The translations under genes were made by a program, and so were the position numbers. Below, piece after piece: positions 1-9,063 of a DNA stretch of 50,649 nt (positions are counted from its first letter, which is position 1; every line of letters starts with the position of its first letter). The notes below the pieces were generated by a model. It was not told where the DNA came from. It saw nothing but the letters and a program-made list of their open reading frames with translations, and did no database searches. Source of the stretch: a virus (Duplodnaviria > Caudoviricetes). Where the stretch lies: positions 1 through 50,649 of the IMG/VR virus record IMGVR_UViG_3300038520_000510, one strand, 5' to 3'.

Positions 1-559
1 CTATAACTGGAGGAGAAGCCTCTAGAGTTTATGAAATTCAGTCAGACAGTAGAATTGCATTAGATCCTGAAAAATTAAGTCCCTATCAAAAACTATTAAG
101 AGAAGCTGAAAAGGTAAATAATGAGTTGGGCGAAATAGAAGATTCTGTTTTGGATATAGATTTGAAATTAGAGGAGTTTAACACATTTGTTTTACGCTCT
201 GATTCTGAAGGTCGTTCTACTATTTCTCCTGACGCTCCAGAAGAGGTAAAAACATTATTAACTAGAAATAATGAGTTAATGGACGCATTAGTTGCTGCTA
301 GAAAACAAGAGCGTGATATACAAGAAAAAATTACAGCTGCTGAAAAAAACATGACAGCGACACAAGTTTCGGAAGAAAAAGATCAAGTTTTTAATGAAGG
401 AACCAAAGTCCCTATAAATGTCTGGAAGAATGCAATTCATAACGAAATTGTTAAAGCTAAAGAACAAGGTCTAGATGAAATACAATTTCTTATTGACGAT
501 AAACTGGTAGAAAAACGAGGAGTAAGGGTTTCTGAGTTTATGTCTAGATCTCCAGAAAT
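1..559. repeat. Imperfect terminal direct repeat, copy 1 (circular junction)
   Basis: Positions 1-53 are identical to 50097-50149. Positions 406-559 match the last 154 nt of the window except CG/TC at 516-517. The middle is divergent with a net 6-nt indel. Confidence 0.95.
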
Positions 560-1340
560 TCAAAAGGCTTATGAAACTATAGTAGCTCCTTTAGTTATTA
601 AGACTGCTAGAAAAATAGGAGCCAAAGTACAACGCAAAGGAAAGTACATAGCTTTTGCACTACCCGCAGCGTTTACTCTACCGCTTTATGCTGAAGAAGA
701 CGAAGAATTGTCCGAACTAGCGACAGATTTGTCTTTTGGTATGGAGATAGATGAATCTTTAATGGCTAATAGAGAGCTTTTCTCTATGGGTGGAACTATT
801 TCTAACTTAATTAATTCAGCAATTACAAAAGGTGCAAACCTACTAGGGTTTGATGATGCTAGACAACTATCAATATCAGCAGATGCCGCAGATATGACTG
901 CAAGAATAGATCCATCAAAAGCAATTACTTGGTATGCTGATGGTAAAAAAATAAGCACAGAAGAACTGAGAAATCTAAGCACAACTAGAGGAGAGATAGG
1001 TATTCGAGGGGATGAAGAATTATTTGATGTAGTTAATCATTCTCTTTTTGGATATGAATCTGCGGAAGACCCTGTAACTGCCTTTGCAGGTCAAGTAAAA
1101 GAGGTTGGTCAAGGATTGTCTCAAGCTGTAAAAGGCAAAAATTTTAGAACAGAGTTAAAAGATATGTGGAACAATAGTCTTGGAATAAATCTAAGAAAAC
1201 AAGGACTTAACAGAACAGAGTTTGAAACAGCTTTAACTCAAGCAATAGCTAACACTAAAGAAAGATTAGCAAAAGGCGAAAAATTAAGAATGGGAAGAGA
1301 TGTAATATTTAATCCAAATGATTTAATGAGAAGGAGATAA
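3..1340 (+). CDS. C-terminal part of the giant internal virion/ejection protein (continues from 45821 across the circular junction)
   Basis: The frame is open from position 3 (ITGGEASRVYEIQSD...) and is the same frame as ORF 126..1340. Positions 1-559 are homologous to 50097-50649, which lie in frame with the ATG at 45821. Confidence 0.85.
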   Translation: MTGGEASRVYEIQSDSRIALDPEKLSPYQKLLREAEKVNNELGEIEDSVLDIDLKLEEFNTFVLRSDSEGRSTISPDAPEEVKTLLTRNNELMDALVAARKQERDIQEKITAAEKNMTATQVSEEKDQVFNEGTKVPINVWKNAIHNEIVKAKEQGLDEIQFLIDDKLVEKRGVRVSEFMSRSPEIQKAYETIVAPLVIKTARKIGAKVQRKGKYIAFALPAAFTLPLYAEEDEELSELATDLSFGMEIDESLMANRELFSMGGTISNLINSAITKGANLLGFDDARQLSISADAADMTARIDPSKAITWYADGKKISTEELRNLSTTRGEIGIRGDEELFDVVNHSLFGYESAEDPVTAFAGQVKEVGQGLSQAVKGKNFRTELKDMWNNSLGINLRKQGLNRTEFETALTQAIANTKERLAKGEKLRMGRDVIFNPNDLMRRR

Positions 1341-1510
1341 TGAAAAAATTAATTATAATACCAATACTTTTAACAAATTGTTCCGCAGCACAATACAATT
1401 TCCCCATAGAGTTTGATAATAAAGTTAATCAAGCACTGTTTCAGATGAATGTTAGGGACTGTAGGTCTCAGCCTCAATGTTCTGCTGATGAATTATTTGA
1501 CAGGTGGTAA
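1340..1510 (+). CDS. Small putative lipoprotein, 56 aa (not in ORF track)
   Basis: AGGAG, then ATG overlapping the upstream TAA. MKKLIIIPILLTNC has a basic N-terminus, a hydrophobic core and a lipobox-like Cys. Confidence 0.65.
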   Translation: MKKLIIIPILLTNCSAAQYNFPIEFDNKVNQALFQMNVRDCRSQPQCSADELFDRW

Positions 1511-1511
1511 T

Positions 1512-2816
1512 ATGAAAAAGACTTTACTGGCTATTTGTACTGCTATAGCTCTACCAGTTTCTGCACAACACATTGACTATGTTGATGATGTAGCAGAGAT
1601 TATTAATAATAAATGCTTGGTTTGTCATCGTCAGGGTGGCATAGGGCCAATGTCTTTTGAAGGCTATGAGCAAGTCAAACCTTGGAGTCCTTTGATAGCT
1701 TACAAAGTAGCCAACAAAGAGATGCCTCCATACGCCTATGACGATCATATAGGTATCCAAAATCTAGAGGGCGATTGGCGTTTACAGCCTGAAGAGATAG
1801 ACACTATCGTAGAGTGGGTAAACTCTGGCTCTCCCTACGGTGATATAGATCGTGTGGTACAGCCTCCAGAGCTTCCTAGTTTAGACTCATGGAACTTTGA
1901 GCCTGAGTTTGGATCTCCAGACCTTGTAATTCCTTCCTCTCCATATGACATTCCTGCAAATGGCAATGACCTATGGAGTAAAGAGTTCACTGACCCACAG
2001 TTAGCAGAGTCTAGATGTATCAAAGCTGTGCAGGTAAAGCCCAGAGGAGATGCAGCAGCGGTTGTACACCATGCTAACTCAGATATTTATATGTATGACA
2101 GCGAAGGTGAGTTGCAACAATATGGGCAGCTTACTGAGTATGCAATGGGAAAATGGGGAGAGGTCATGCCCGAGGGGGTATGCCGTATATTTCCAGCCAA
2201 TTCTCTAGTCCGTTGGGACATCCATATGTTCCCCGGAGGCGTAGGAGCTACAGCCGAAGGAGACATGATTAAGGATAATGTAGTAGAGATTGGCTTGTGG
2301 TTCCATGATGAGGACTACGAAGAAGTTAATGACGTTTACAAGCAAGACCTAAGACTATACCCGTTGAGAGAAGGCTATGAAAATGGTCATCTCATTGTAC
2401 CCCCACATGGCTATGCCATGACTCAAGGCTTTCATAGCTTTGACCATCCCGTAAGAATAGACAGCTTTCAGCCACACGGTCATCTCCGTATGAACGCTGC
2501 ATCACTAGAGATACTTAATCCATTTACAGGCCGTACAAAGCCTGTCAGTCAAATATCTAACTGGAGTGCCACATGGCATCATAGCCATATTTACAGCCCT
2601 TCAGAGGCTCCTCTGTTGCGTGTAGGAGAGGTATTAGTAATAAAGCAGTGGTATGACAACACAGCTGACAATCCTAACAACCCTGATCCTGATCAATGGG
2701 TGTATGGAGGTAGTCGTACAGGAGATGAAATGTCTCACGCTTGGATCGCTGTCACTCATCTTGATGAAGAGGGATATAATAAAATTAAATTAGAGCGTGA
2801 AAATGGGGCTGATTGA
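1512..2816 (+). CDS. Exported cytochrome c-fused copper type II (PHM/DBH-like) monooxygenase
   Basis: Signal peptide MKKTLLAICTAIALPVSA follows an AGGTGG SD, so the start is moved from 1449. Heme motif CLVCH with a distal MPP. Copper ligands VVHH, DIHM, PHGH and DEM appear in PHM order. Confidence 0.8.
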   Translation: MKKTLLAICTAIALPVSAQHIDYVDDVAEIINNKCLVCHRQGGIGPMSFEGYEQVKPWSPLIAYKVANKEMPPYAYDDHIGIQNLEGDWRLQPEEIDTIVEWVNSGSPYGDIDRVVQPPELPSLDSWNFEPEFGSPDLVIPSSPYDIPANGNDLWSKEFTDPQLAESRCIKAVQVKPRGDAAAVVHHANSDIYMYDSEGELQQYGQLTEYAMGKWGEVMPEGVCRIFPANSLVRWDIHMFPGGVGATAEGDMIKDNVVEIGLWFHDEDYEEVNDVYKQDLRLYPLREGYENGHLIVPPHGYAMTQGFHSFDHPVRIDSFQPHGHLRMNAASLEILNPFTGRTKPVSQISNWSATWHHSHIYSPSEAPLLRVGEVLVIKQWYDNTADNPNNPDPDQWVYGGSRTGDEMSHAWIAVTHLDEEGYNKIKLERENGAD

Positions 2817-3216
2817 TTTACTAATCAGGCATGAAGGTATAAAGCTAAAGCCCTATCACTGTACATCTGGCAAGCTAACAATAGGTATCGGTAGGAACTT
2901 AGAAGATAGAGGCATTACAAAAGAAGAAGCAATATATCTGTTAAATAATGATATACACAGCTTCCATGAGCAGCTGCTAGACAAGTTCTCTTTCTATAGA
3001 TACCTAGAGGGTGCTAGAAGGGACGCTATATTGAACCTAGCTTTCAATATGGGTGTCTACTCCCTATCTAAGTTTGTGAAAGCCCTGAGTTATATGGAAG
3101 AAAAGCAGTATGATAAAGCTGCTGATGAGTTTATGGACTCAAAATGGGCTAGACAGGTAGGCTCCAGAGCCACTGAAGTCACTGATATGATACGGCATAA
3201 CACCTACCCTACTTGA
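2797..3216 (+). CDS. Endolysin, GH24/T4-lysozyme-like muramidase
   Basis: HEG...PYHC..G.LTIGIGRNL, FNMG and S.WARQV..RA motifs. The start may be the ATG at 2803. Confidence 0.9.
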   Translation: MKMGLIDLLIRHEGIKLKPYHCTSGKLTIGIGRNLEDRGITKEEAIYLLNNDIHSFHEQLLDKFSFYRYLEGARRDAILNLAFNMGVYSLSKFVKALSYMEEKQYDKAADEFMDSKWARQVGSRATEVTDMIRHNTYPT

Positions 3217-3433
3217 GAGTAGATGTTACAGCCTGTAGTTCTTTTTCTAAAGATATTGAAGCATCTCTAAATTTTCTATTCATAAACTTATGTATAGTTT
3301 TTATTAGAGATGCCTCATATTTATCTTTAAATATACCATCTATCTCTTCAATAGGTAGCTGAGACATTTCGGAATACACATTCCCGTCTGTACCTAGTTG
3401 AATAGCTAGAGATATAATATTCCCTGTTTTCAC
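3209..3433 (-). CDS. Hypothetical protein, last gene of the leftward arm
   Basis: Start overlaps the nrdB stop; the gene converges on the lysozyme with an 8-nt overlap. Confidence 0.65.
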   Translation of the reverse strand: MKTGNIISLAIQLGTDGNVYSEMSQLPIEEIDGIFKDKYEASLIKTIHKFMNRKFRDASISLEKELQAVTSTLK

Positions 3434-4392
3434 GAAAAGGTAATTCCTTGTTGATTACCCCTCAACCCAGCCTTCATGTATGCAGTTGCTCTGCCCTCAA
3501 AGAAGTTCTGATGCTCTACACCTAGCACATCATCCAGCCAATCAAGTGGGTTCTCTTTTACTTTATAGTTAGGCTTTAGACCAAGCTGTAACAAGCGTCT
3601 GTCAGCTATGTACTGCACATAATCTGACATCTCTTTTCTTGTTAGTCCCGGTATGTCACCCATTTCAAACACCAGATCTAAAAACTTCTGCTCTAGATCT
3701 ACCATCTCTCTACAGGACTGATATATTTCTTTCTTAAAATCATCAGTCCATATATCAATATTCTCTTGTATAAACTCCCTAAATAGCTTTGTCATAGCCT
3801 CAACATGAAGTGACTCATCCTTGATGCTGTAGCTTACAATCTGTCCCATGCCCTTCATCTTACCAAAGCGGGGGAAGTTAAGAAGGATTACAAAGCTACT
3901 GAATAGCTGTAGTCCCTCTGTAAAGGCACTGTACACCGCCAAGTTCTTAGCGATAGACTTCTTATCTGTCTTGGAGATCTTCAGGTCATTGATGTACTCA
4001 TGCTTGTCAGACATCTCTTCATACTCTGCAAAGGCTTTGTACTCTACCTCTGGCATACCAACAGTATCTAGCAAAAGACTGTAGGCGTGTTGATGTATGG
4101 ACTCCATATTAGCAAAAGAACCCATCATCATTCTGGCTTCAGGCTTCTTGAAGATACGCATATATCTATCAATATAACCTGCTCCGACATCTACATCTGA
4201 CTGTGTGAAAAGTCTAAAGATCTGTGTTAGCAGATTCTTTTCTTGGTCTGACATATCTTGCCAATCTTTCACATCATTGTGGAGCGGTACATCTTCAGGG
4301 AACCAGTGCATTTGATTCTGCTGAAAGTAATAATCAAACATCCAAGGATGATCAAAAGGTTTGTAGTAGTCTCGCGTTGACAATAAGCTCAC
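3430..4392 (-). CDS. nrdB: Ribonucleotide reductase class Ia beta subunit
   Basis: W.PEDV, FTQSD, ESIHQHAYS (radical Tyr), EGLQLFSSF, DESLH and C-terminal NFFE..ATAY. Confidence 0.95.
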   Translation of the reverse strand: MSLLSTRDYYKPFDHPWMFDYYFQQNQMHWFPEDVPLHNDVKDWQDMSDQEKNLLTQIFRLFTQSDVDVGAGYIDRYMRIFKKPEARMMMGSFANMESIHQHAYSLLLDTVGMPEVEYKAFAEYEEMSDKHEYINDLKISKTDKKSIAKNLAVYSAFTEGLQLFSSFVILLNFPRFGKMKGMGQIVSYSIKDESLHVEAMTKLFREFIQENIDIWTDDFKKEIYQSCREMVDLEQKFLDLVFEMGDIPGLTRKEMSDYVQYIADRRLLQLGLKPNYKVKENPLDWLDDVLGVEHQNFFEGRATAYMKAGLRGNQQGITFS

Positions 4393-4640
4393 GGTATTAC
4401 CTCATATTTATAATATTCTGTAATCATGCCCGTAGGTATGACTATGGGTGTATTTATATGTTTACTATCTTTGTTATACAAATCTGTACAGAGAACTATA
4501 CAGGAGTCACTCTCACTAACAATCCAACCTATTGTAGTGCGGGACACAGGCTTTAACTTCTTTGCCTCAGATATTTCTAAGTCTTGGAAGTCAGTCCAAG
4601 CATCATCCCACGTTATTTCTACAACAGTCCTATCCTTCAC
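4389..4640 (-). CDS. Hypothetical phage protein between nrdA and nrdB
   Basis: Overlaps both neighbours; carries a VEITWDDAW...TIGW motif. Confidence 0.75.
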   Translation of the reverse strand: MKDRTVVEITWDDAWTDFQDLEISEAKKLKPVSRTTIGWIVSESDSCIVLCTDLYNKDSKHINTPIVIPTGMITEYYKYEVIP

Positions 4641-6540
4641 AACTCAGACACTCCGAATCTGATAGATTTATTCTTGGTATCTTTATGTTTACATTCTCAG
4701 CTGATCTAGCTGCATCAGACCTGAGATAGTACATAGACTTTAGGTTCTTTGCTCCTGCCCAGTGTACATCATTTACATACTGTAGATATGCATCATGAGT
4801 ATCTTGGTCTGCCGTAGACTTTGGAGGCACAAAGAATAGATTAACGCTCTGGCTTTGGCATATGTATTTCTGCCTGTTTGTAGCGTGTTCTATGAGCCAT
4901 ATCTGATTTATCTCAGGGGCAGTCTTAAAGACTTCTTTAACATCATCAGATAGTTCCTCTATATGCTGCACAGACCCATCATGGGCAGCTATATCTTTCC
5001 ATACCTTATCTCGCTCTTCCTTGGTTGGAAAAGCTGACTTCAATACTTTGTCTAAGTACTTATTCTTCACCCTAAAACTACCGGATAGTGTTTTGTGGGT
5101 GAAAGTATTGGCTCTGAAAGGTTCTATAGAGGGGCTTGTAACACCACAGATGATAGAGCTTGAGGCATTTGGAGCAACAGCTAGTAGATGGGCATTGCGT
5201 TTGCCGCTACCCATCATATCTGGAGCTTCCCCACGCTCTTCAGCTAAACTACGTGATGCAGCAGCAGCCCGATCTTTTATCAAAGAAAAAGATTTATGAT
5301 TAAATGATGCAGCATACATACTCTCAAAGGCTATGTTATTCTTCTGTAAATAGCTGTGAAATCCCATAGCCCCTAGCCCCAGAGATCTTTCACGATAAGC
5401 TGAATACGCAGCTTTTGAATAACCTATCCTGTCTTCTCTACAAATATCTTTAAACTGAGAGTAGCTCAAGGACTTATCTCGCATATATTCATTGTGGTTA
5501 GGCCAAGAGCTATCAAGAGAGTGGTTTATAAAGTGTTGGATTACATTATCTAGCATAGTGATTAGGTCAGGTATGAATGTGTCTACAACAGACCAATCAT
5601 CAAAGTACTCTAGATTTACACTAGACAGACAGCACACAGCTGTACGATCCTCTGATGTTGCTAGTGTTATCTCAGAACAGAGATTACTTTGCTTTATATC
5701 TAGACCTAGTGCTTTCTGCTCATCAGGCAAGCTCTCATTACATCTATCTATATTTATGATGTAAGGCTCACCTGTTTCTGCCCTAGTAGATATTAGAAGC
5801 CACCAAAGATCTCTAGCTGATACAGTCTTTATAGCTGTGTTTGTTTTAGGGTCAATGAGTCTCCAATCGTCATCACACTTCACAGCCTCTAGAAAAGCAT
5901 CAGTTATATTGACACCATTATGTAAATTTAAACACTTCCTATTTATGTCACCGCCAGTGGTCTTACGCATATTTATAAATTCTTCTATCTCTGGGTGAGA
6001 GATATTCATATATGCAGCGTAGCTTCCTCTCCGGGTAACTCCCTGATTGAAAGCCAGCATTTGACTATCAACTACGTGCATAAATGGAATTGAACCAGTT
6101 GACTTGCTGCCATTAGAAGTATCCACACCGTTACTGCGAACATCGCCCCAGTATCCACCAATGCCTCCACCTCCACTTGCAAGCCATATGTTCTCATCAT
6201 AGTGATTAGATAAACCAAAACGGGAATCAGGAACATAATTAAGAAAACAGCTGATAGGAAGCCCACGGCTTGTACCCCCGTTACTAAGTATAGGAGTGCT
6301 AAACATGAACCAAAGTAGGCTACTATAGTCATAAAGCCGTTGTGCCAAAGCGTAGTCAGTAGTTTCACCATAAGTTGCTCCAAATATTGCTGCCCTAGCA
6401 AACGCTTCTTGGGCATATTCTTCTTTATCCCAAAAGTATCTATCTTTCAGGGTCGCTATTGCAAAGTCTCCCAGCAAAGACTCACGGGAGTAGTCTATCT
6501 TTATACCTTTATAATCTTGTATGCCAATTTTAATAGTCAT
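4630..6540 (-). CDS. nrdA: Ribonucleotide reductase class I alpha subunit, no ATP cone
   Basis: STPILSNGG, PISCF, GGGIG, QSNLCSEI, VCCLSS, APNASSS, CQSQS, YY and C-terminal CLSCEG. The start is moved to MTIKIG, whose ATG overlaps the upstream stop. Confidence 0.95.
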   Translation of the reverse strand: MTIKIGIQDYKGIKIDYSRESLLGDFAIATLKDRYFWDKEEYAQEAFARAAIFGATYGETTDYALAQRLYDYSSLLWFMFSTPILSNGGTSRGLPISCFLNYVPDSRFGLSNHYDENIWLASGGGGIGGYWGDVRSNGVDTSNGSKSTGSIPFMHVVDSQMLAFNQGVTRRGSYAAYMNISHPEIEEFINMRKTTGGDINRKCLNLHNGVNITDAFLEAVKCDDDWRLIDPKTNTAIKTVSARDLWWLLISTRAETGEPYIINIDRCNESLPDEQKALGLDIKQSNLCSEITLATSEDRTAVCCLSSVNLEYFDDWSVVDTFIPDLITMLDNVIQHFINHSLDSSWPNHNEYMRDKSLSYSQFKDICREDRIGYSKAAYSAYRERSLGLGAMGFHSYLQKNNIAFESMYAASFNHKSFSLIKDRAAAASRSLAEERGEAPDMMGSGKRNAHLLAVAPNASSSIICGVTSPSIEPFRANTFTHKTLSGSFRVKNKYLDKVLKSAFPTKEERDKVWKDIAAHDGSVQHIEELSDDVKEVFKTAPEINQIWLIEHATNRQKYICQSQSVNLFFVPPKSTADQDTHDAYLQYVNDVHWAGAKNLKSMYYLRSDAARSAENVNIKIPRINLSDSECLSCEG

Positions 6541-6761
6541 AATCCATTTACTTCCATGAATTTTATAAGTCTCTCTTCGTACCATCTTGCCTTGCGTAAA
6601 TCTTCTATCCCGTTTTTATATCTAAACCTCCATCTGTATTTTAAACTATTGCCTCGTAGATAGCCTATGTATTCTTCACTTGAAAGCATACTCTCTATGG
6701 CTTCAATACACTCCACAGGGCCATTGTTGTAGTGTGCTGGTTTGTTTACTGAATCACTCAT
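6537..6761 (-). CDS. DUF3310 / T7 gp1.7-like protein
   Basis: D.VN.PAHY...ECIEAI...GN.LKY.WR...K.G.EDL.KA.WY signature. Confidence 0.85.
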   Translation of the reverse strand: MSDSVNKPAHYNNGPVECIEAIESMLSSEEYIGYLRGNSLKYRWRFRYKNGIEDLRKARWYEERLIKFMEVNGL

Positions 6762-7270
6762 TCTTGCTCCTTATCTATATCAAAGTACTCTTTCTTAAAC
6801 TGCTCACTCTCTCTGTATTTTTTATCAATCCAATCATCAGGTATACTCTCTTCACTAAACCACTTGAAGCCATTGGATGCTGCCCACTCAGCATGGCTAC
6901 GTTTAGTACCATCTTTTCTGCGTTTAGCCTGTGGCATAGGGGCAGCTGGATTAGCAAATAAAAACACTAGCTCTACATTTTTAGGTAGTGCTTTCTTAAT
7001 CCAAAGGTATTTACTGAACTCAGCGTAGTCCCAGAATCTTCCTTTAGCTTCAATAAGGTAAGTCTTTCTACCCATTTTCTTGCTGAAGTCTGGGTGATAA
7101 GTATGATTAACTACATAGGGGACTTTCTCGCCATGATGCTTCCAGTTTTTCAGAAGACCATTATGCAAGTTATATTCCCAAATGGAATCATAATTGGTAG
7201 GAACATCTTTCTCTACAGGACGCTTAACTCTATTCTTCCTGTAGCCTTTTCTTATCCTAGACTTGCTCAA
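6758..7270 (-). CDS. T7 endonuclease I-like Holliday junction resolvase
   Basis: YDS.WE, Y.PDF, IEAKG and W....GF.W motifs. Confidence 0.85.
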   Translation of the reverse strand: MSKSRIRKGYRKNRVKRPVEKDVPTNYDSIWEYNLHNGLLKNWKHHGEKVPYVVNHTYHPDFSKKMGRKTYLIEAKGRFWDYAEFSKYLWIKKALPKNVELVFLFANPAAPMPQAKRRKDGTKRSHAEWAASNGFKWFSEESIPDDWIDKKYRESEQFKKEYFDIDKEQE

Positions 7271-7452
7271 TGTAAAGGACTCTCCGATCTTAAAACTAAT
7301 TCATAGTCGGCTAAGTCGCAGAGCCTCTCTATGACAACATCAGGTATACCACTGAGATTACCATCTTGTGATAACAAATATGCGCTAACAGAGATAATAA
7401 GCTCATCAAGCCTTAGTGATTCTAAGTTTTCTATCTTCGATTTCGTTGACAC
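7267..7452 (-). CDS. Hypothetical protein
   Basis: Fills the operon; its stop overlaps the next ATG. Confidence 0.6.
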   Translation of the reverse strand: MSTKSKIENLESLRLDELIISVSAYLLSQDGNLSGIPDVVIERLCDLADYELVLRSESPLH

Positions 7453-7666
7453 CGTATTCTTTTACTCTTTTATAGAACCACTTAATGCTATTAGGCATCA
7501 AACGCATCTGACCTTCATTCATTATATGTGTTTGTTTTGGCATGAGAGGCATGAAATTACTGCTATTTATCTGCTCTGCTTCTTCCTTACTGACTAGAGT
7601 TTTCAACCACTCTAATGCCATTTCTTTACCTAGTCTGCGGCAAAGTTTACTCTTTCTACCGTTCAC
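7406..7666 (-). CDS. Hypothetical protein
   Basis: Its start overlaps the exonuclease stop. Confidence 0.65.
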   Translation of the reverse strand: MNGRKSKLCRRLGKEMALEWLKTLVSKEEAEQINSSNFMPLMPKQTHIMNEGQMRLMPNSIKWFYKRVKEYGVNEIEDRKLRITKA

Positions 7667-8517
7667 AAAACTTCCTCTACGTTAGGCTCTTTAACAACCT
7701 TAGTGAAATAGGTCACGCCTTTTGCGTATCTAAATCCTCTTAGACCTTGACCATCATTAGAATCTGCATGGCATACAAACTTATGTGGGCAATAAGAGCA
7801 TCCTCTGTGTATTTTCATGTTGCCCTTAGTGCCTTCAGGAACCTCTGGATAACACTTGTCGGGAGGAGTTTCAGACTTGAATGCTTTCCTAATAGTTTTT
7901 ATTCTTTTACTTGTATCAATCTTATCAAACTCATCAGGAGCATAGAAGGTAAGCTCTCCTGTTTCTTTGTTGATAACAAGGAATCCACCACCTGTAGTGC
8001 CTTCTGACTGTTCATAGCCTGAAAGCTGAGAGATATATCCAAAAGGATCATCATCAGGCAGCGTTCCGTATTTAAACTTCTTGAATGCAAAGGATGATGC
8101 AGTCTTTACATCTACAACTTCACCATCAATCTTACAGTCCATGTGGCCTTTGACATCATTGACTGTAACTTCTTTCTGCTCATCTGATACTTCATGTCCA
8201 GATAATCGGGCAAGCATCAAAACAACTTCTTCAAGTATATGCCCATACAAGAACTTGATCATTGTAATTGGAGTAACAGAAGAATCAATCTCGCTTTTGC
8301 TGTCATACCAAAGCTGGCGCAAAGGCTTTCCTACATTAGACATTCTTAACGTGAACTTAGAATCTCTAACAGAAGGATTAGACCAGTTCCGTAAAATATT
8401 TTTCATGTCTTCTCCGAACTTATCTATCTGCTCTTCAGATAAGTCCAGAGACTCGCCATCGCATATAGGCTGTATATTTTTGTATATATCTTCTATTAAA
8501 TTACTTAGTGATTTCAT
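7663..8517 (-). CDS. PD-(D/E)XK exonuclease (Cas4/RecB-like)
   Basis: LRMS..G...RQLWY, G...E, GHMD...VDVKT, Y..QL..Y and a C-terminal C.YC....C cluster. Confidence 0.8.
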   Translation of the reverse strand: MKSLSNLIEDIYKNIQPICDGESLDLSEEQIDKFGEDMKNILRNWSNPSVRDSKFTLRMSNVGKPLRQLWYDSKSEIDSSVTPITMIKFLYGHILEEVVLMLARLSGHEVSDEQKEVTVNDVKGHMDCKIDGEVVDVKTASSFAFKKFKYGTLPDDDPFGYISQLSGYEQSEGTTGGGFLVINKETGELTFYAPDEFDKIDTSKRIKTIRKAFKSETPPDKCYPEVPEGTKGNMKIHRGCSYCPHKFVCHADSNDGQGLRGFRYAKGVTYFTKVVKEPNVEEVL

Positions 8518-8791
8518 CTTTGTGTTTCACAAATCTACATTTACGTGTTTCTGAATTGTAGTGTAGATATTGTACTCCTAATTTTTTCTGTTCATTTGTT
8601 TTAGAGGAGAGTCTAGCGTCCTTGTATGATTTAACATCAATCAAAGTTATCTTCCCATCAGGGGATAGGGCAACAATATCAACTGGCCCTGTACATCCAC
8701 AGTTCTTAAAGACATGGTATCCATTATCCCACAACCAAGTGATAGCATAATGCTCTGCTAGATCACCTACTCTACTTGGATTATGTTTCAT
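8501..8791 (-). CDS. Small PD-(D/E)XK nuclease (Hjc-like)
   Basis: G..AE...W....GY.V, PVDIV and LIDVK motifs. Confidence 0.7.
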   Translation of the reverse strand: MKHNPSRVGDLAEHYAITWLWDNGYHVFKNCGCTGPVDIVALSPDGKITLIDVKSYKDARLSSKTNEQKKLGVQYLHYNSETRKCRFVKHKDEITK

Positions 8792-9063
8792 AATACTAAC
8801 CTGTATTTATAAAGCGTTCCCTTTATATGCTTTCTCTCTACTGTGTAGCTACCAAATTTGGGCATTCGTAAGTTTCTCATACAGGCAGAAGCTCCTGAGC
8901 CTGTCATTTTTACTTTCTTAGCCAGAGTCTCTAAGGTCATCCACTCTCCATCTTTCATAGCGTCATATATTTTCTGATGACTTCCTTTTAATTCATTGCC
9001 TTCTATATCATAAGCCTTAGGAAACATCTCTACTTGACTATTTAAATTATCAGTGTGTTTCAC
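8788..9063 (-). CDS. Winged-helix DNA-binding protein
   Basis: W.TL..LA...ASA..R.LR...G...VE pattern. Confidence 0.6.
   Translation of the reverse strand: MKHTDNLNSQVEMFPKAYDIEGNELKGSHQKIYDAMKDGEWMTLETLAKKVKMTGSGASACMRNLRMPKFGSYTVERKHIKGTLYKYRLVL

Noticed and set aside
1512-2816. Monooxygenase amidating the Gly-Gly ends produced by the proposed GG cleavage
   Set aside because: The enzyme appears periplasmic while virion assembly is cytoplasmic, no PAL-like lyase is visible, and nothing in the sequence links the two.
3200-3225. Bidirectional terminator where the two arms converge
   Set aside because: The genes overlap by 8 nt and no convincing hairpin is present.
5420-5530. Intein or intron in nrdA
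   Set aside because: The extra segment is only about 30 aa, is in frame and has no splicing motifs; it is a loop insertion.
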